The notes beneath the pieces were generated by a model. It was not told the DNA's origin. It searched no databases and was given only the letters and a program-made list of their open reading frames with translations. Below are positions 26,123 through 35,811 of a stretch of DNA of 64,000 nt, piece after piece; the first letter of the stretch is position 1; each line of letters starts with the position of its first letter. This DNA is from Hyphomicrobiales bacterium (GTDB lineage: Bacteria; Pseudomonadota; Alphaproteobacteria; Rickettsiales; JACKKO01): NCBI GenBank assembly GCA_024236395.1, contig JACKKO010000001.1, forward strand, positions 576,937 to 640,936, read 5' to 3'. Position numbers and translations under genes: made by a program.

Positions 26123-27228
26123 TATGTTTTTTGCATGCCTATTGAAGGGTTGTTACTGGTGGCAAGTACCTTACTGGCCGCCACATTCTGATTAAGATAG
26201 TTAAATAGTGCCTGTGCCAAATCATTTCCTATCTGTATACTATTGCTTCCATCAAACAACCCAAGAACCAACGTCTGATCTTTTGACGGGGTATTAAGAT
26301 TAACAACTAAGGCCGTTATATTATCATAATTGGAAGAGGAATAGTTAAAAGCTGCATCAGTAAAAAGCTTTGCAGGGTTTTTTGCATACATTTGCCATTG
26401 TATACTGTCTGGTTCCCTTTTTAACAATATGTCTTTCTGTTGCTGCCATGTTTGCCATAAACGCGCGTAATAGTTTTCGTGAAGGTCTTTTGTTATCGTT
26501 CCTGTTTCAAATAACCCATCGGTTGCCAAAATGAGCATTCTTTGTCCTGTTGGAGGAATATTCTGCATGGATATTTGAAGAATATCGGGTTGCCAGCCTT
26601 CCTCGCATTCTCCAAACCGCCGGGAAGGCTTGGTAGGGTCTGCTGTGCTTCGGTGAATAAGATTAAGACGCTCATAATTTAGAGCACTATCGGAACTATT
26701 CTGAGAAAGCAAAAAACTTCGACTATCCCCTGCGTTACCAACAGTTATGGTACCATCCGGCGAAAGTACTACGATGCAAGCTGTACAGGCTGAAGTGGTG
26801 GAGTACTTTTCTGCAAACGTTTTCTGCATCTGCGCAAATATTTCTCCTACATGGGTAACGGCATCACGTTCTGAAAGTATTTTTGGTACAGAAAGAACCG
26901 TATAGGCATCTTCCTGTTCGCCCTTCCTCCCTGCTGTTTGTGCAAGATGGATGTGAGGAAAGTTTGGGCTGATAACGGTCTGGTAGATGTCATCTTTCTT
27001 AACGGGTATGGTGCGCAGGCCGCCGGGTTCGCCCAACTCATCGGGTGGTTCATAAATCTGTGGGCCTTTAGTGGCACCGGGGGTACCTGCAGGTTCTTGC
27101 TTAAAGTGAATATACGGAATATCCGTTAGATTGATGACAGGGAGCACTTGCATAGTATCCGCTGCACATTGGCGGTGTACTGCTGCCAGATCGATGATAT
27201 GCGGGGCAGTTAGGATGCTACTATTCAC
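26122..27228 (-). CDS. PP2C-family Ser/Thr protein phosphatase-like protein with an unknown ~100-aa N-terminal region
   Basis: RKGEQEDAY, TACIVVLSPDGTITVGNAGDSRSFLL, MLILATDGLFE and DNITALVVNL match PP2C motifs, but the canonical DGHGG motif is absent. GTG start inside GTGA with the ribBA stop. The stop overlaps the ribH ATG. Confidence 0.7.
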   Translation of the reverse strand: MNSSILTAPHIIDLAAVHRQCAADTMQVLPVINLTDIPYIHFKQEPAGTPGATKGPQIYEPPDELGEPGGLRTIPVKKDDIYQTVISPNFPHIHLAQTAGRKGEQEDAYTVLSVPKILSERDAVTHVGEIFAQMQKTFAEKYSTTSACTACIVVLSPDGTITVGNAGDSRSFLLSQNSSDSALNYERLNLIHRSTADPTKPSRRFGECEEGWQPDILQISMQNIPPTGQRMLILATDGLFETGTITKDLHENYYARLWQTWQQQKDILLKREPDSIQWQMYAKNPAKLFTDAAFNYSSSNYDNITALVVNLNTPSKDQTLVLGLFDGSNSIQIGNDLAQALFNYLNQNVAASKVLATSNNPSIGMQKT

Positions 27229-28337
27229 ACAATCTCCTTTCGGCCCGTGATGATCAGGCCGTAGCCTTCCAGGCCGACAGGGGTGCGGTCGGAATTCGTC
27301 AGCAGCAGCATTTCATGCACGCCCAGATCCAGCAGGATTTGCGCGCCGATACCGTAATCCCGTAGAGGGGCCGGGCTATTGGCCTCCTGTTCTTCGCCCA
27401 TACGGTGACGGATGAGATTGGAAAGCCCGGCGCGGTTCGGTTCACGTAGCAGCACAATGACACCGCTACCATGATCACCAATCATTTGCATGGCGCGTTG
27501 CAGTTCGCCATCCTTACCACTTTCCGCATCGCCCAGCACATCATTCAGTACATGCATGGCATGCATCCGTACCCATACCGGGTGATCCTGGATTGCCGGG
27601 CCTTTTACCAGCACCACATGCTCGGCATATTCCACGGTGTTGGTATAGACATAGAGGCGGAATTCCCCGCCGTAACGGCTGGTGAAGGTGGTTTCCAGCG
27701 TACGTTCCACCAGCTTATCCTGCTTGCGCCGCCAGGCGATGAGGTCGGCAATCGTGCCGATTTTTAGCTGGTGCTTCCTGGCAAAGTTGATGAGGTCGGG
27801 CAGGCGGGCCATGGTGCCATCATCATTCATAATCTCGCAGATCACGCCGGAGGGATTCATCCCGGCCATGCGAGCGATATCCACTGCGGCCTCGGTATGC
27901 CCGGCACGTACCAGCACGCCGCCTTCGCGGGCAACCAAAGGGAAGATGTGCCCCGGCGTGGTGATATCCCCGGCGTGGCAGTCCGGGTTGATGGCCACCT
28001 GCACGGTACGTGCACGGTCCGCCGCAGAAATACCGGTCGTCACGCCCTCACGGGCCTCGATGGAAACGGTGAAAGCAGTCTGATGACGGGTGCCGTTATG
28101 ACGCGACATCAGCGGCAGCCCCAATTGTTCCACCCGCTCCCCGGTCAGCGCCAGGCAGATCAGCCCCCGCCCGTGTTTGGCCATGAAGTTGATGGCATGG
28201 GCATCGGCTTTTTCCGCCGGGATGACGAGATCGCCCTCATTCTCGCGGTTTTCATCGTCGATGAGGATAAACATGCGGCCCTGCCGGGCTTCCTCGATAA
28301 TTTCCGGGATGGAGGAGAGGCTATTGCGATGCGGCAT
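27225..28337 (-). CDS. ribBA: bifunctional 3,4-dihydroxy-2-butanone-4-phosphate synthase / GTP cyclohydrolase II
   Basis: [20 protein letters not shown], followed by a RibA-like C-terminal half. The start is at the ATG at 28337. Confidence 0.93.
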   Translation of the reverse strand: MPHRNSLSSIPEIIEEARQGRMFILIDDENRENEGDLVIPAEKADAHAINFMAKHGRGLICLALTGERVEQLGLPLMSRHNGTRHQTAFTVSIEAREGVTTGISAADRARTVQVAINPDCHAGDITTPGHIFPLVAREGGVLVRAGHTEAAVDIARMAGMNPSGVICEIMNDDGTMARLPDLINFARKHQLKIGTIADLIAWRRKQDKLVERTLETTFTSRYGGEFRLYVYTNTVEYAEHVVLVKGPAIQDHPVWVRMHAMHVLNDVLGDAESGKDGELQRAMQMIGDHGSGVIVLLREPNRAGLSNLIRHRMGEEQEANSPAPLRDYGIGAQILLDLGVHEMLLLTNSDRTPVGLEGYGLIITGRKEIV

Positions 28338-28929
28338 GGGTGTCTCCGTATTCCTGCAGCCGGGCGACATAACGCGCCAGCAGATCAACCTCCAGATTGA
28401 GCCGGGTGCCTGCCGTGGCGGTATGCAACGTGGTATGCTGCCAGGTATGGGGGATAATCATCACGGTAAACGCATCCGGCGTCACATGATTGACCGTCAG
28501 CGAAATACCGTCGAGCGTTACCGACCCTTTGGGCGCAATAAAGCGCAGGAGCTCGATCGGCGGGGTGATGGTCAGGTTGTAAGCATCGCCCGCCGGAGTG
28601 ATTTCATGTAAGGAAGCAACGCCATCCACATGGCCGCTGACCAGGTGCCCACCCAGTTCATCGCCCATTTTCAGGGCGCGTTCCAGGTTGAGTTTCGTGC
28701 CGGTCTGCCAGTATTGTGCGGTGGTGCAGGCCAACGTCTCGGCGGAAAGATCAGCAGTAAACCCGCCTTCTTCCATGCCCGTCACCGTCAGGCAGATGCC
28801 GCTGCACGCCACCGATTGCCCGAGCGAGAAAGTCTTCGCAGTGGCGGGTGCAATCTGCACCTGCATGCCGCTGTCCTGCCGTTCGCAGCTTGTGATGGTG
28901 CCAATATCCGTGACAATACCGGTAAACAT
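28321..28929 (-). CDS. ribE: riboflavin synthase (alpha chain)
   Basis: [12 protein letters not shown]... with the duplicated lumazine-binding repeat ([14 protein letters not shown]). The start is at the ATG at 28929. Confidence 0.9.
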   Translation of the reverse strand: MFTGIVTDIGTITSCERQDSGMQVQIAPATAKTFSLGQSVACSGICLTVTGMEEGGFTADLSAETLACTTAQYWQTGTKLNLERALKMGDELGGHLVSGHVDGVASLHEITPAGDAYNLTITPPIELLRFIAPKGSVTLDGISLTVNHVTPDAFTVMIIPHTWQHTTLHTATAGTRLNLEVDLLARYVARLQEYGDTHAASQ

Positions 28930-28974
28930 GGCTAATGATGTACTGGTTCTTTGGCCAAAAGAAAAGGAGGAAAA

Positions 28975-29223
28975 ATGCCGGAATTCAAGAAATGTCCGCC
29001 CGAAAAGCCCTATTACCTGATGACAGTGGAGCCGGGGAAGACCTATTGGTGGTGCGCCTGCGGCAAAAGCAAGAGGCAGCCCTTCTGCGACGGTTCCCAT
29101 AGCGGGACGGAATTTTCCCCGGTGGCATATGAGGCCACGGAGGCCAGGGATATCTTTTTCTGCGGTTGCAAAAAGACAGGCGAACAGCCCTTTTGTGACG
29201 GATCGCACAAGCAGGGCCAATAA
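28975..29223 (+). CDS. CDGSH-type iron-sulfur domain protein (two CDGSH motifs)
   Basis: WWCACGKSKRQPFCDGSHSG and FFCGCKKTGEQPFCDGSHKQ. The ATG at 28975 is preceded by AAGGAGG. Confidence 0.85.
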   Translation: MPEFKKCPPEKPYYLMTVEPGKTYWWCACGKSKRQPFCDGSHSGTEFSPVAYEATEARDIFFCGCKKTGEQPFCDGSHKQGQ

Positions 29224-29225
29224 TT

Positions 29226-29885
29226 ATGGCAGATTGGCTGAGTCTTCTATTGCGTACTTCCCGGGCGGTATTCGACCCGTTTTTCCTCAAGCTGCTGCTG
29301 CTTTCCGCGTTGATGTGTGCGGCGGGGTTTGCCGCGTTTGCCGGGCTGGCGTGGCTGGGCATCAGCTGGCTGGATCTGGCGGATAGCTGGTGGGCCGGGT
29401 GGCTTTTCCGCTGGGTGGGGCCGGGTGTTGCGGTATTTGCCGGGTATTTCCTGTTCCCGGTGGTGTTCCCGCTGGTTACCCTGCTATTCCTGGAGCCGGT
29501 GGCGGCGCATATTGAGCGCAGGCACTACCCGGAGGCGACCCCCGGTACGGCACCCTCACTAAAGGCAGAATTGCCCAATACGCTGCGTTTTGTGGCGCTT
29601 TCCCTGCTGATTAACCTGATGGCGCTGCCGTGGTACCTGATTCCCGGCGTGTATTACATCGTGAACGGGTATCTGTTTGGTCGTGAGTATTTTGAGCTGA
29701 TCGCGCTGCGCCATATGCCCGCCCGCGACATGCGCGAGAAGCGGCTGGATCACCGCGGAACCGTCTGGATGGCCGGGTTGCTGATTGCGGTGATGTTCAC
29801 CGTGCCGTTTGTGAACCTGGTTGCCCCCATCCTGGCCACGGTTTTTATGGTGCATCTGTGGCACCGGCGGGTAAGGAGTTGTTAA
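29226..29885 (+). CDS. EI24/CysZ-like membrane protein
   Basis: Multi-pass hydrophobic protein with ...IERRHYPEA...LRFVALSLLINLMALPWYLIPG...NGYLFGREYFELIALRH, matching my memory of alphaproteobacterial EI24-domain proteins. Confidence 0.65.
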   Translation: MADWLSLLLRTSRAVFDPFFLKLLLLSALMCAAGFAAFAGLAWLGISWLDLADSWWAGWLFRWVGPGVAVFAGYFLFPVVFPLVTLLFLEPVAAHIERRHYPEATPGTAPSLKAELPNTLRFVALSLLINLMALPWYLIPGVYYIVNGYLFGREYFELIALRHMPARDMREKRLDHRGTVWMAGLLIAVMFTVPFVNLVAPILATVFMVHLWHRRVRSC

Positions 29886-29992
29886 TAAACTCATGGTATT
29901 CGCAAAAAAAACGGCATAGAGTTAAGGACCTGTTAATAATTCGGTGCTATGCTAAGGGGTAAATATCCCACTATAAACTAAAGGAGAGTATC

Positions 29993-30535
29993 ATGGGTGA
30001 AAAAGCAGAGAAGTTAAGGGAAAAGTTTGGGAAGGACGAATATAAACCATCACTAGATGCGTTATTGGAAGAGCTTAAAGAAGTTTATACAGAGGAGTAT
30101 ATGAAGCTCAGTGATGCTACCAATGGTATTACAAAAGAGGATGTTGAAAAAATCATAAATGCGGCAACGGTGAATACAAAAAAAGCCATCGAAGCAGTTA
30201 GCCAAACGAGCATAGGAAAAGGACTCATCAATACAGACGCTTTGGATAAAGTAGGGAAATTATTGGTGTTAAACACATACGAGTTAGAGTTAGATATAGT
30301 CTCTAAATTAACAGTACAAATGTATAATCTGAAAGAGGCGCAGGAGAAAGCCCAACCTGAACGGCAGGTGCCAAAAGGTGAAGGCACTCCGGGTAAAGAG
30401 AAGAAAACAGATCCTAAGGGTAGTGTGCTTGATAGTGGTGGTCCTATGTCTGTTTTAGGTCAATTTCTGCAGTTTACAGGAGGTGATCTTGCTGTGGTAC
30501 CCTATCCCCAAGGTGGGGGACAGTTTCTTTCTTAA
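29993..30535 (+). CDS. hypothetical protein (K/E-rich, A+T-rich gene)
   Basis: 180-aa ORF preceded by AAAGGAGAG. No motif recognised. Confidence 0.5.
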   Translation: MGEKAEKLREKFGKDEYKPSLDALLEELKEVYTEEYMKLSDATNGITKEDVEKIINAATVNTKKAIEAVSQTSIGKGLINTDALDKVGKLLVLNTYELELDIVSKLTVQMYNLKEAQEKAQPERQVPKGEGTPGKEKKTDPKGSVLDSGGPMSVLGQFLQFTGGDLAVVPYPQGGGQFLS

Positions 30536-30572
30536 GAGAAATGCGTAGGTAAAATAGTCAGGGAACTAGACA

Positions 30573-31022
30573 ATGAGTGCATCTGTTAATGAAACAGTTT
30601 CTCTTGGATTAGAGAGATTACAAAACGTTATGCAATCCCTCACATCTGAAAAACTCGATGCGATTATGAGTAGCATTTATAATGGTAATACTCCGCCATC
30701 AGGCGTGTTAGGATTATTCAATTCTAAAGAAGAACTCTACCAGTTTATGGAAATAAAATCGCCAGACGATACAGTTCAGTTGGTACGTAGACAATTTGAG
30801 GAAGTATTTGATGGTGTTGATAAAAAGCTCCCGCTTATCGCAATGGTATTAGCAGTTATAGAATTTTTTGGTGGCAGAGAAGAGAAACGGAAAATAGATA
30901 AAGGTACGTATGTAGATGTAAGCGCCGCCATTATGGCACCAATTGCTGAGATTGATAATGATGGGAAAGTATACTCCACTCCTGCGTTGCCCAAAAGCAA
31001 AGAACAATCTCTTTACCTCTAG
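30573..31022 (+). CDS. hypothetical protein (A+T-rich gene)
   Basis: 149-aa ORF 37 nt after the previous one. No motif recognised. Confidence 0.5.
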   Translation: MSASVNETVSLGLERLQNVMQSLTSEKLDAIMSSIYNGNTPPSGVLGLFNSKEELYQFMEIKSPDDTVQLVRRQFEEVFDGVDKKLPLIAMVLAVIEFFGGREEKRKIDKGTYVDVSAAIMAPIAEIDNDGKVYSTPALPKSKEQSLYL

Positions 31023-31039
31023 TTTATGTCTATTAGCTG

Positions 31040-34000
31040 CTAACGCCACAGTTCCACGTTGCCGCCAATGGCGGTGGTGTTGAGGGTGCAGGTGCGCTCG
31101 GTGGCGTAGCGCAGCAGGGTATAGGGGCTGCCTGCTTTGGGTCCGGTGCCGGAGAGACCTTCGCCGCCGAAGGGCTGTACGCCGACAACCGCCCCGGTCA
31201 TGGAGCGGTTGATATAAAGATTCCCCGCACGGATTTCCCGGCAGAGATACTCCGACCGTTCGGCAATACGGCTCTGTACGCCGAAGGTCAGGCCATAGCC
31301 GGTGGCGTTGATGTCGGCGATGACGCTGTCCAGTGCTTCCGCTGCATACCGAATGACATGCAATACGGGACCGAACACTTCGCGTGTTAGCATCCCGATC
31401 TCCGGAATTTCAAAACAGTGCGGGGCAACATAATACCCGGTTTTAGCCAGTGCCCTGGGCAGCGGGGTGGTGGCAATGTGTTTTGCCCGGCGGTGCATGG
31501 TGCGGATATGTTTTTCCAGTGTGGTTTGTGCTTCGGCATCAATCACCGGGCCGATATCGGTTGTGGTGAGAAGCGTATCCCCCATCTGAAGTTCCTGCAT
31601 TGCCCCGGCCAGCATGGTCAGCAATGCATCGGCGATATCCTCCTGCACATAAAGGACGCGTAGCGCGGAGCACCGTTGCCCGGCACTGCCAAAAGCGGAA
31701 ACGATAATATCATCCACTGCCTGTTCCAGCAGCGCGGTGGAATCCACGATCATCGCATTTTGCCCGCCGGTCTCCGCGATCAGCGGGACAATGGGGCCAT
31801 CTTTTTCTGCCAGTGCGCGCTGGATGTGCTTGGCGGTTTCCGTGGAGCCGGTGAAGGCAACCCCGGCAATGCGCGGGTCAGATACCAGTGCGGCCCCGGC
31901 TTTGCCATCGCCCGGCAGCAGGTGCAGGGCTTCAGTGGGGATACCGGCCTGGTGCAGTAATTGCACGGCGCGGAAAGCAATCAGCGGTGTTTGCTCGGCA
32001 GGTTTGGCAAGCACGGTATTCCCGGCGGCGAGTGCAGCGGTGATTTGCCCCATGAAAATGGCCAGCGGGAAATTCCACGGGCTGATGCAGACAAACGGGC
32101 CACGGCCATGCAGGCTGAGCTGGTTCTGTTCCCCCGTATAGCCGGGCAGGGGCAGGGGGGTGGCAAACAACCGGCGTGCCTCTGCCGCGTAATAGCGACA
32201 GAAATCCGCTGCTTCGCGGACTTCGGCGATAGCGTCAGACAGTGTTTTCCCAGCCTCACGCTGGCACAGGGTAATCAGCTCGCCGCGATGGGTTTCCAGC
32301 AAATCGGCGGCGCTTTCCAGTGCACGGGCACGGGTTTCCACCTCGGTGTGGTTCCAGCCATGAAAGGCGCTGGCCGCGGCAGTAACGGCATGCTGGCAGG
32401 TTCCCACATCAGCGTGTACCACGCTGCCGACGATGTGTTTTTTCTGGCAGGGGGTATAAACGGGCAGGGCCTTCCCACGTTGCATATCTCCACTCAGGAG
32501 GGGGGCGGCCCGCCAGGTTTTTTCCTGCCATGGGCTGGTTGCTTCCTGCAATATGTTCAGGTGGTGTTGACTGCCCAGGTCCAGTCCGGTGGCGTTCTTG
32601 CGGTTTTTAAATATGGCGACCGGCAACGGCAGATCCGGGCGGCCCAGCCCTTGTGTTTCACGCACACGCGTCAGCGGATCCCGCAGCAGGGCACGGATCG
32701 GCTGTTCGCGGTCGGTCAGCTGGTGAACAAACGATGTGTTGGCGGTATTTTCCAACAGGCGGCGAATGAGATAGGGGAGCAGCTCGGCATGGCCTCCCAC
32801 CGGGGCATAGACGCGGCAGGTTTGCTCTTTCACCACGGTATCATAAAAATCTTCGCCCATTCCATATAAACGCTGGAACTCGTAGGGTACATCCCCGGCC
32901 ACTTCCATGATGCTGGCCACGGTGAGGGCATTATGGGTAGCAAATTGCGGGTAGAATTGCTGCGGTTTCCCCAGCAGGCGCGCCGCGCAGGCCAGGTAGG
33001 AAACATCGGTATGGCTCTTGCGGGTGAAGACAGGGTAATCCGGCAGGCCCAGCTGCTGTGCGCGTTTGATTTCGCTGTCCCAGTAGGCTCCCTTCACCAG
33101 CCGGACGGGCAGGCGGCAGCCGCGTTCGCGTGCCAGATCGCCCAGGTAATCCAGCAGCGGCAGGGCGCGTTTGTGATAGGCCTGCACCACGCAGCCCAGC
33201 CCTTCATACGATTTCAGGGAAAGCAGGCGCGCCAGCGTGGCGAACACCTCCACGGCGATATCCAGCCGCCAGCTTTCCTCGGCATCAATGGCCAGGCTGA
33301 TGCCGGCTTCTTTCGCTGCGAGGGCTATGGTTTCCATGCGTGGTACCAGTTCATGGAGTACGCGTTCGCGCTGCAAAAGCTCGTAGCGGGGATGCAGCGC
33401 CGAAAGTTTGACCGAGACACTCGGCCGTTCAAACAGCGCGGTGTTTGTATCCACGGTCTTGCCAATGGTACGGATCGCGTGCAGGTAAGATTCCAGGAAA
33501 TGCCCGGCCTGCGCCAGCGTACGTGCGCCTTCGCCCAGCATATCGTAAGAGAAGCGATAGCCTCGTTTTTCGGCATCGCGGGCTTTATCCAGCGCATCCT
33601 CAATCGTTTCTGCCAGCACAAATTGCCGTCCCATCCAACGCATCGCTTGCTTGAGCGCCGCGCGTACCACCGGTTCTCCCACACGTGCCGTCAGGCGGCC
33701 GAGATAACCACCAATCCCTTCGGGAAGGTCATTCAGTTCCAGGAAGCGCCCGGAAAGCATCAGCCCCCAGGTGGAGGCATTGACGAACACGGACTGGCTC
33801 TTGCCAAGATAGCGTTCCCAATCGGCATCCTTCAGCTTATCCTGAATCAGGGCATCAGCAGTGGCGTTATCCGGCACCCGCAGCAATGCTTCGGCCAGAC
33901 ACATCAGTGTGACGCCCTCGCGCGTATCCAGCCCATATTCTTTCAGGAATTCGGTGATAGAAAATTCCGGTTCCTGCGCGCGCAGGGTTTCCACATAGGC

Positions 34001-34120
34001 CTCCGCGCGACGAAACACGGCCTCGGAATGTTTTTGAAATAAATGCGTATGCGGTAATAATCGCTCAATGGATTCGGCTTCCGGCGCGTAGGAGGCCTCT
34101 AAATATACTTGGGATACCAT
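31040..34120 (-). CDS. putA: bifunctional proline dehydrogenase / L-glutamate gamma-semialdehyde dehydrogenase
   Basis: 1026 aa, with a PRODH TIM barrel followed by an aldehyde dehydrogenase domain (FTGSTETAK, ETGGQNAMIVD, GQRCSALR). Confidence 0.95.
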   Translation of the reverse strand: MVSQVYLEASYAPEAESIERLLPHTHLFQKHSEAVFRRAEAYVETLRAQEPEFSITEFLKEYGLDTREGVTLMCLAEALLRVPDNATADALIQDKLKDADWERYLGKSQSVFVNASTWGLMLSGRFLELNDLPEGIGGYLGRLTARVGEPVVRAALKQAMRWMGRQFVLAETIEDALDKARDAEKRGYRFSYDMLGEGARTLAQAGHFLESYLHAIRTIGKTVDTNTALFERPSVSVKLSALHPRYELLQRERVLHELVPRMETIALAAKEAGISLAIDAEESWRLDIAVEVFATLARLLSLKSYEGLGCVVQAYHKRALPLLDYLGDLARERGCRLPVRLVKGAYWDSEIKRAQQLGLPDYPVFTRKSHTDVSYLACAARLLGKPQQFYPQFATHNALTVASIMEVAGDVPYEFQRLYGMGEDFYDTVVKEQTCRVYAPVGGHAELLPYLIRRLLENTANTSFVHQLTDREQPIRALLRDPLTRVRETQGLGRPDLPLPVAIFKNRKNATGLDLGSQHHLNILQEATSPWQEKTWRAAPLLSGDMQRGKALPVYTPCQKKHIVGSVVHADVGTCQHAVTAAASAFHGWNHTEVETRARALESAADLLETHRGELITLCQREAGKTLSDAIAEVREAADFCRYYAAEARRLFATPLPLPGYTGEQNQLSLHGRGPFVCISPWNFPLAIFMGQITAALAAGNTVLAKPAEQTPLIAFRAVQLLHQAGIPTEALHLLPGDGKAGAALVSDPRIAGVAFTGSTETAKHIQRALAEKDGPIVPLIAETGGQNAMIVDSTALLEQAVDDIIVSAFGSAGQRCSALRVLYVQEDIADALLTMLAGAMQELQMGDTLLTTTDIGPVIDAEAQTTLEKHIRTMHRRAKHIATTPLPRALAKTGYYVAPHCFEIPEIGMLTREVFGPVLHVIRYAAEALDSVIADINATGYGLTFGVQSRIAERSEYLCREIRAGNLYINRSMTGAVVGVQPFGGEGLSGTGPKAGSPYTLLRYATERTCTLNTTAIGGNVELWR

Positions 34121-34214
34121 AAGACTAAGCTAGCGGAACTTGAAAAAATATCAAAGCGCTTAGTCAATTCTAAAGGGATAGAAAGGAATTACGTATGGTG
34201 CGCGTGTTTGGCAA

Positions 34215-35438
34215 TCAACGGAAGAAGGTGAGCTTCAGCCTTGCACCCGCATTTGCCTGATCAACGTTTTGCGGTAGTTCTGTGACAAGTGGTGGCGCAA
34301 ATGACTCCGGGAGTATTCCTGCTTCTAAGGAGATATTACCTTGTTCGCCTAGCTTCCTTGAGAACGTGGCAAGAACCTTCTGGAGTTCTCCTTGTGTGTT
34401 CACACTAGCATTAATCCCGGTAACGATGCCCAGCTCTTCTATGAAGGGACGCGTAATGTGGCCGCCAAGTACAAATGTATTTCCTTCAGAGTCAGATTGA
34501 TAGGTAAAAGATACACCGGTATCTTTATTTTTAGAGGTTATCTCTGTGTCTAACGAGAACAATTTATAATTACTACGATTCGGCATATCAGCATGTGTAT
34601 ACGATGTGTTAAGGCTTGTTAGGGTAGAGTAAGCGGTAGGTATTTCAAAGGTTGCGTCACTATGGAAATGCGGAACAGGCGTATCATTACCTGTAAAAGA
34701 TACATTGCCCCGAAGTGTTTTATAATGTGCGTTAGCTGCCAGGAAATCCTCAGAGAATGCGGCATCTGCTCCCCAGTTTGGCTTGTGATAGGAAGCACCC
34801 AGATAGGGGGAAACATGGGTGCCGTCTGGCGTAAATGTTACCAGTGTTCCCGGTGAGAAATCTAATGATGGATAATGAATATTAAGTTGTAAGCGTGTAT
34901 AATTATCTTGTGTGACTTCTCCACTATTTGTGCCGGTGCTTCCGGCAAATTCCCACCCTATGCCGCCGGATGGGCTGGTAGCTTTGGCCTCACTCTCCTT
35001 GGATGTTTTATTTGCAATGACTTCAATGGCATCCATGCTATAATACGTAATGTTTTCGCCGTAGAAATCACTCTTTTTAGCTGCTGAAGGGGCAATAGAT
35101 TTTGTATCATCCAAACCTAAAGCTTTTGGCTCTTTTCCTGTATCAAAATACTCTGTTTGCGAATCGGTGAGTTCACTATTCACGCTGATATTATACACAA
35201 TTGCCGCGTAAACCGGACGACTGGCATCCAGAATGTCATATTTAAAAGGTGCCCGTACAAAATGTCCGTCTGCTGTTTGAAGGACAAGCTGACAGATATT
35301 CGTATTATGCAATTCCCCTTTTGTATCAACGTAATAGCTAACACCTTCTTGGTCTTTTATGACGCCATCAATATCGGTGCGCTTATAATCGCCAGAGTTT
35401 ACTAACGTATCGATAGTGTCTTTTCGATCCTGAGACAT
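34215..35438 (-). CDS. hypothetical protein, 407 aa, T/S/N/Y-rich (beta-rich appearance)
   Basis: A long A+T-rich ORF with no obvious signal peptide and no recognised motif. Confidence 0.55.
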   Translation of the reverse strand: MSQDRKDTIDTLVNSGDYKRTDIDGVIKDQEGVSYYVDTKGELHNTNICQLVLQTADGHFVRAPFKYDILDASRPVYAAIVYNISVNSELTDSQTEYFDTGKEPKALGLDDTKSIAPSAAKKSDFYGENITYYSMDAIEVIANKTSKESEAKATSPSGGIGWEFAGSTGTNSGEVTQDNYTRLQLNIHYPSLDFSPGTLVTFTPDGTHVSPYLGASYHKPNWGADAAFSEDFLAANAHYKTLRGNVSFTGNDTPVPHFHSDATFEIPTAYSTLTSLNTSYTHADMPNRSNYKLFSLDTEITSKNKDTGVSFTYQSDSEGNTFVLGGHITRPFIEELGIVTGINASVNTQGELQKVLATFSRKLGEQGNISLEAGILPESFAPPLVTELPQNVDQANAGARLKLTFFR

Positions 35439-35526
35439 GTGATGGGCCTTAGATTTAGTGGATGTAATTTATTCAGTATATCCCTAAAATGCTAACAATT
35501 CGTTAATATCCTAACTATTCTTCGAT

Positions 35527-35811
35527 TTAAAGAGTTGGGAGACTACGAAAACCCTCTATTTCCAAGGCAGGCACTTCCTCTGTTGTCTGTACGGCGGAAA
35601 CGCGCGCGGCGGGCGGGCCATCCCGGCAGGAATCCAGCATTTTCTGTACGTGCGCGGTGGGGCCGGAAAACAGTGCTTCCACCCAGCCATCGCGGCGGTT
35701 GCGTACCCAGCCGGAAAGCCCCAGCTCCCGTGCCTTGGCTACCGTCCACGCACGGTACCCCACACCCTGCACCCGGCCTTCAATGCGGATATGGATGGTA
35801 TAATGGGGCAT
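35527..35811 (-). CDS. acyP: acylphosphatase
   Basis: IRIEGRVQGVGYRAWTVAKARELGLSGWVRNRRDGWVEALFSG. The ATG at 35811 overlaps the upstream stop (TAATG). Confidence 0.85.
   Translation of the reverse strand: MPHYTIHIRIEGRVQGVGYRAWTVAKARELGLSGWVRNRRDGWVEALFSGPTAHVQKMLDSCRDGPPAARVSAVQTTEEVPALEIEGFRSLPTL

Noticed and set aside
28930-28974. An FMN riboswitch upstream of the rib operon.
   Set aside because: Only 45 nt separate the ribE start from the divergent CDGSH gene start, which is too short for the ~140-nt FMN element. ribD and any riboswitch must lie elsewhere.
28930-29220. N-terminal extensions of track ORFs beyond the conserved starts. Examples are ribE to 29220, dusB to 44094, ispDF from 43853, nusB to 25842, GT2 to 19760 and the lipoprotein ORFs to 22850/23253.
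   Set aside because: The conserved family N-termini begin at internal ATGs with ribosome-binding sites. The extensions overlap neighbouring genes or divergent promoters and have atypical composition.
31418-34042. Long plus-strand ORFs antisense to putA (for example 31961-32869, 302 aa; 32933-34042, 369 aa).
   Set aside because: These are typical stop-codon-poor antisense frames of a G+C-rich gene. The products are G/R/Q/A-rich without motifs, while the minus-strand frame encodes an unmistakable full-length PutA.
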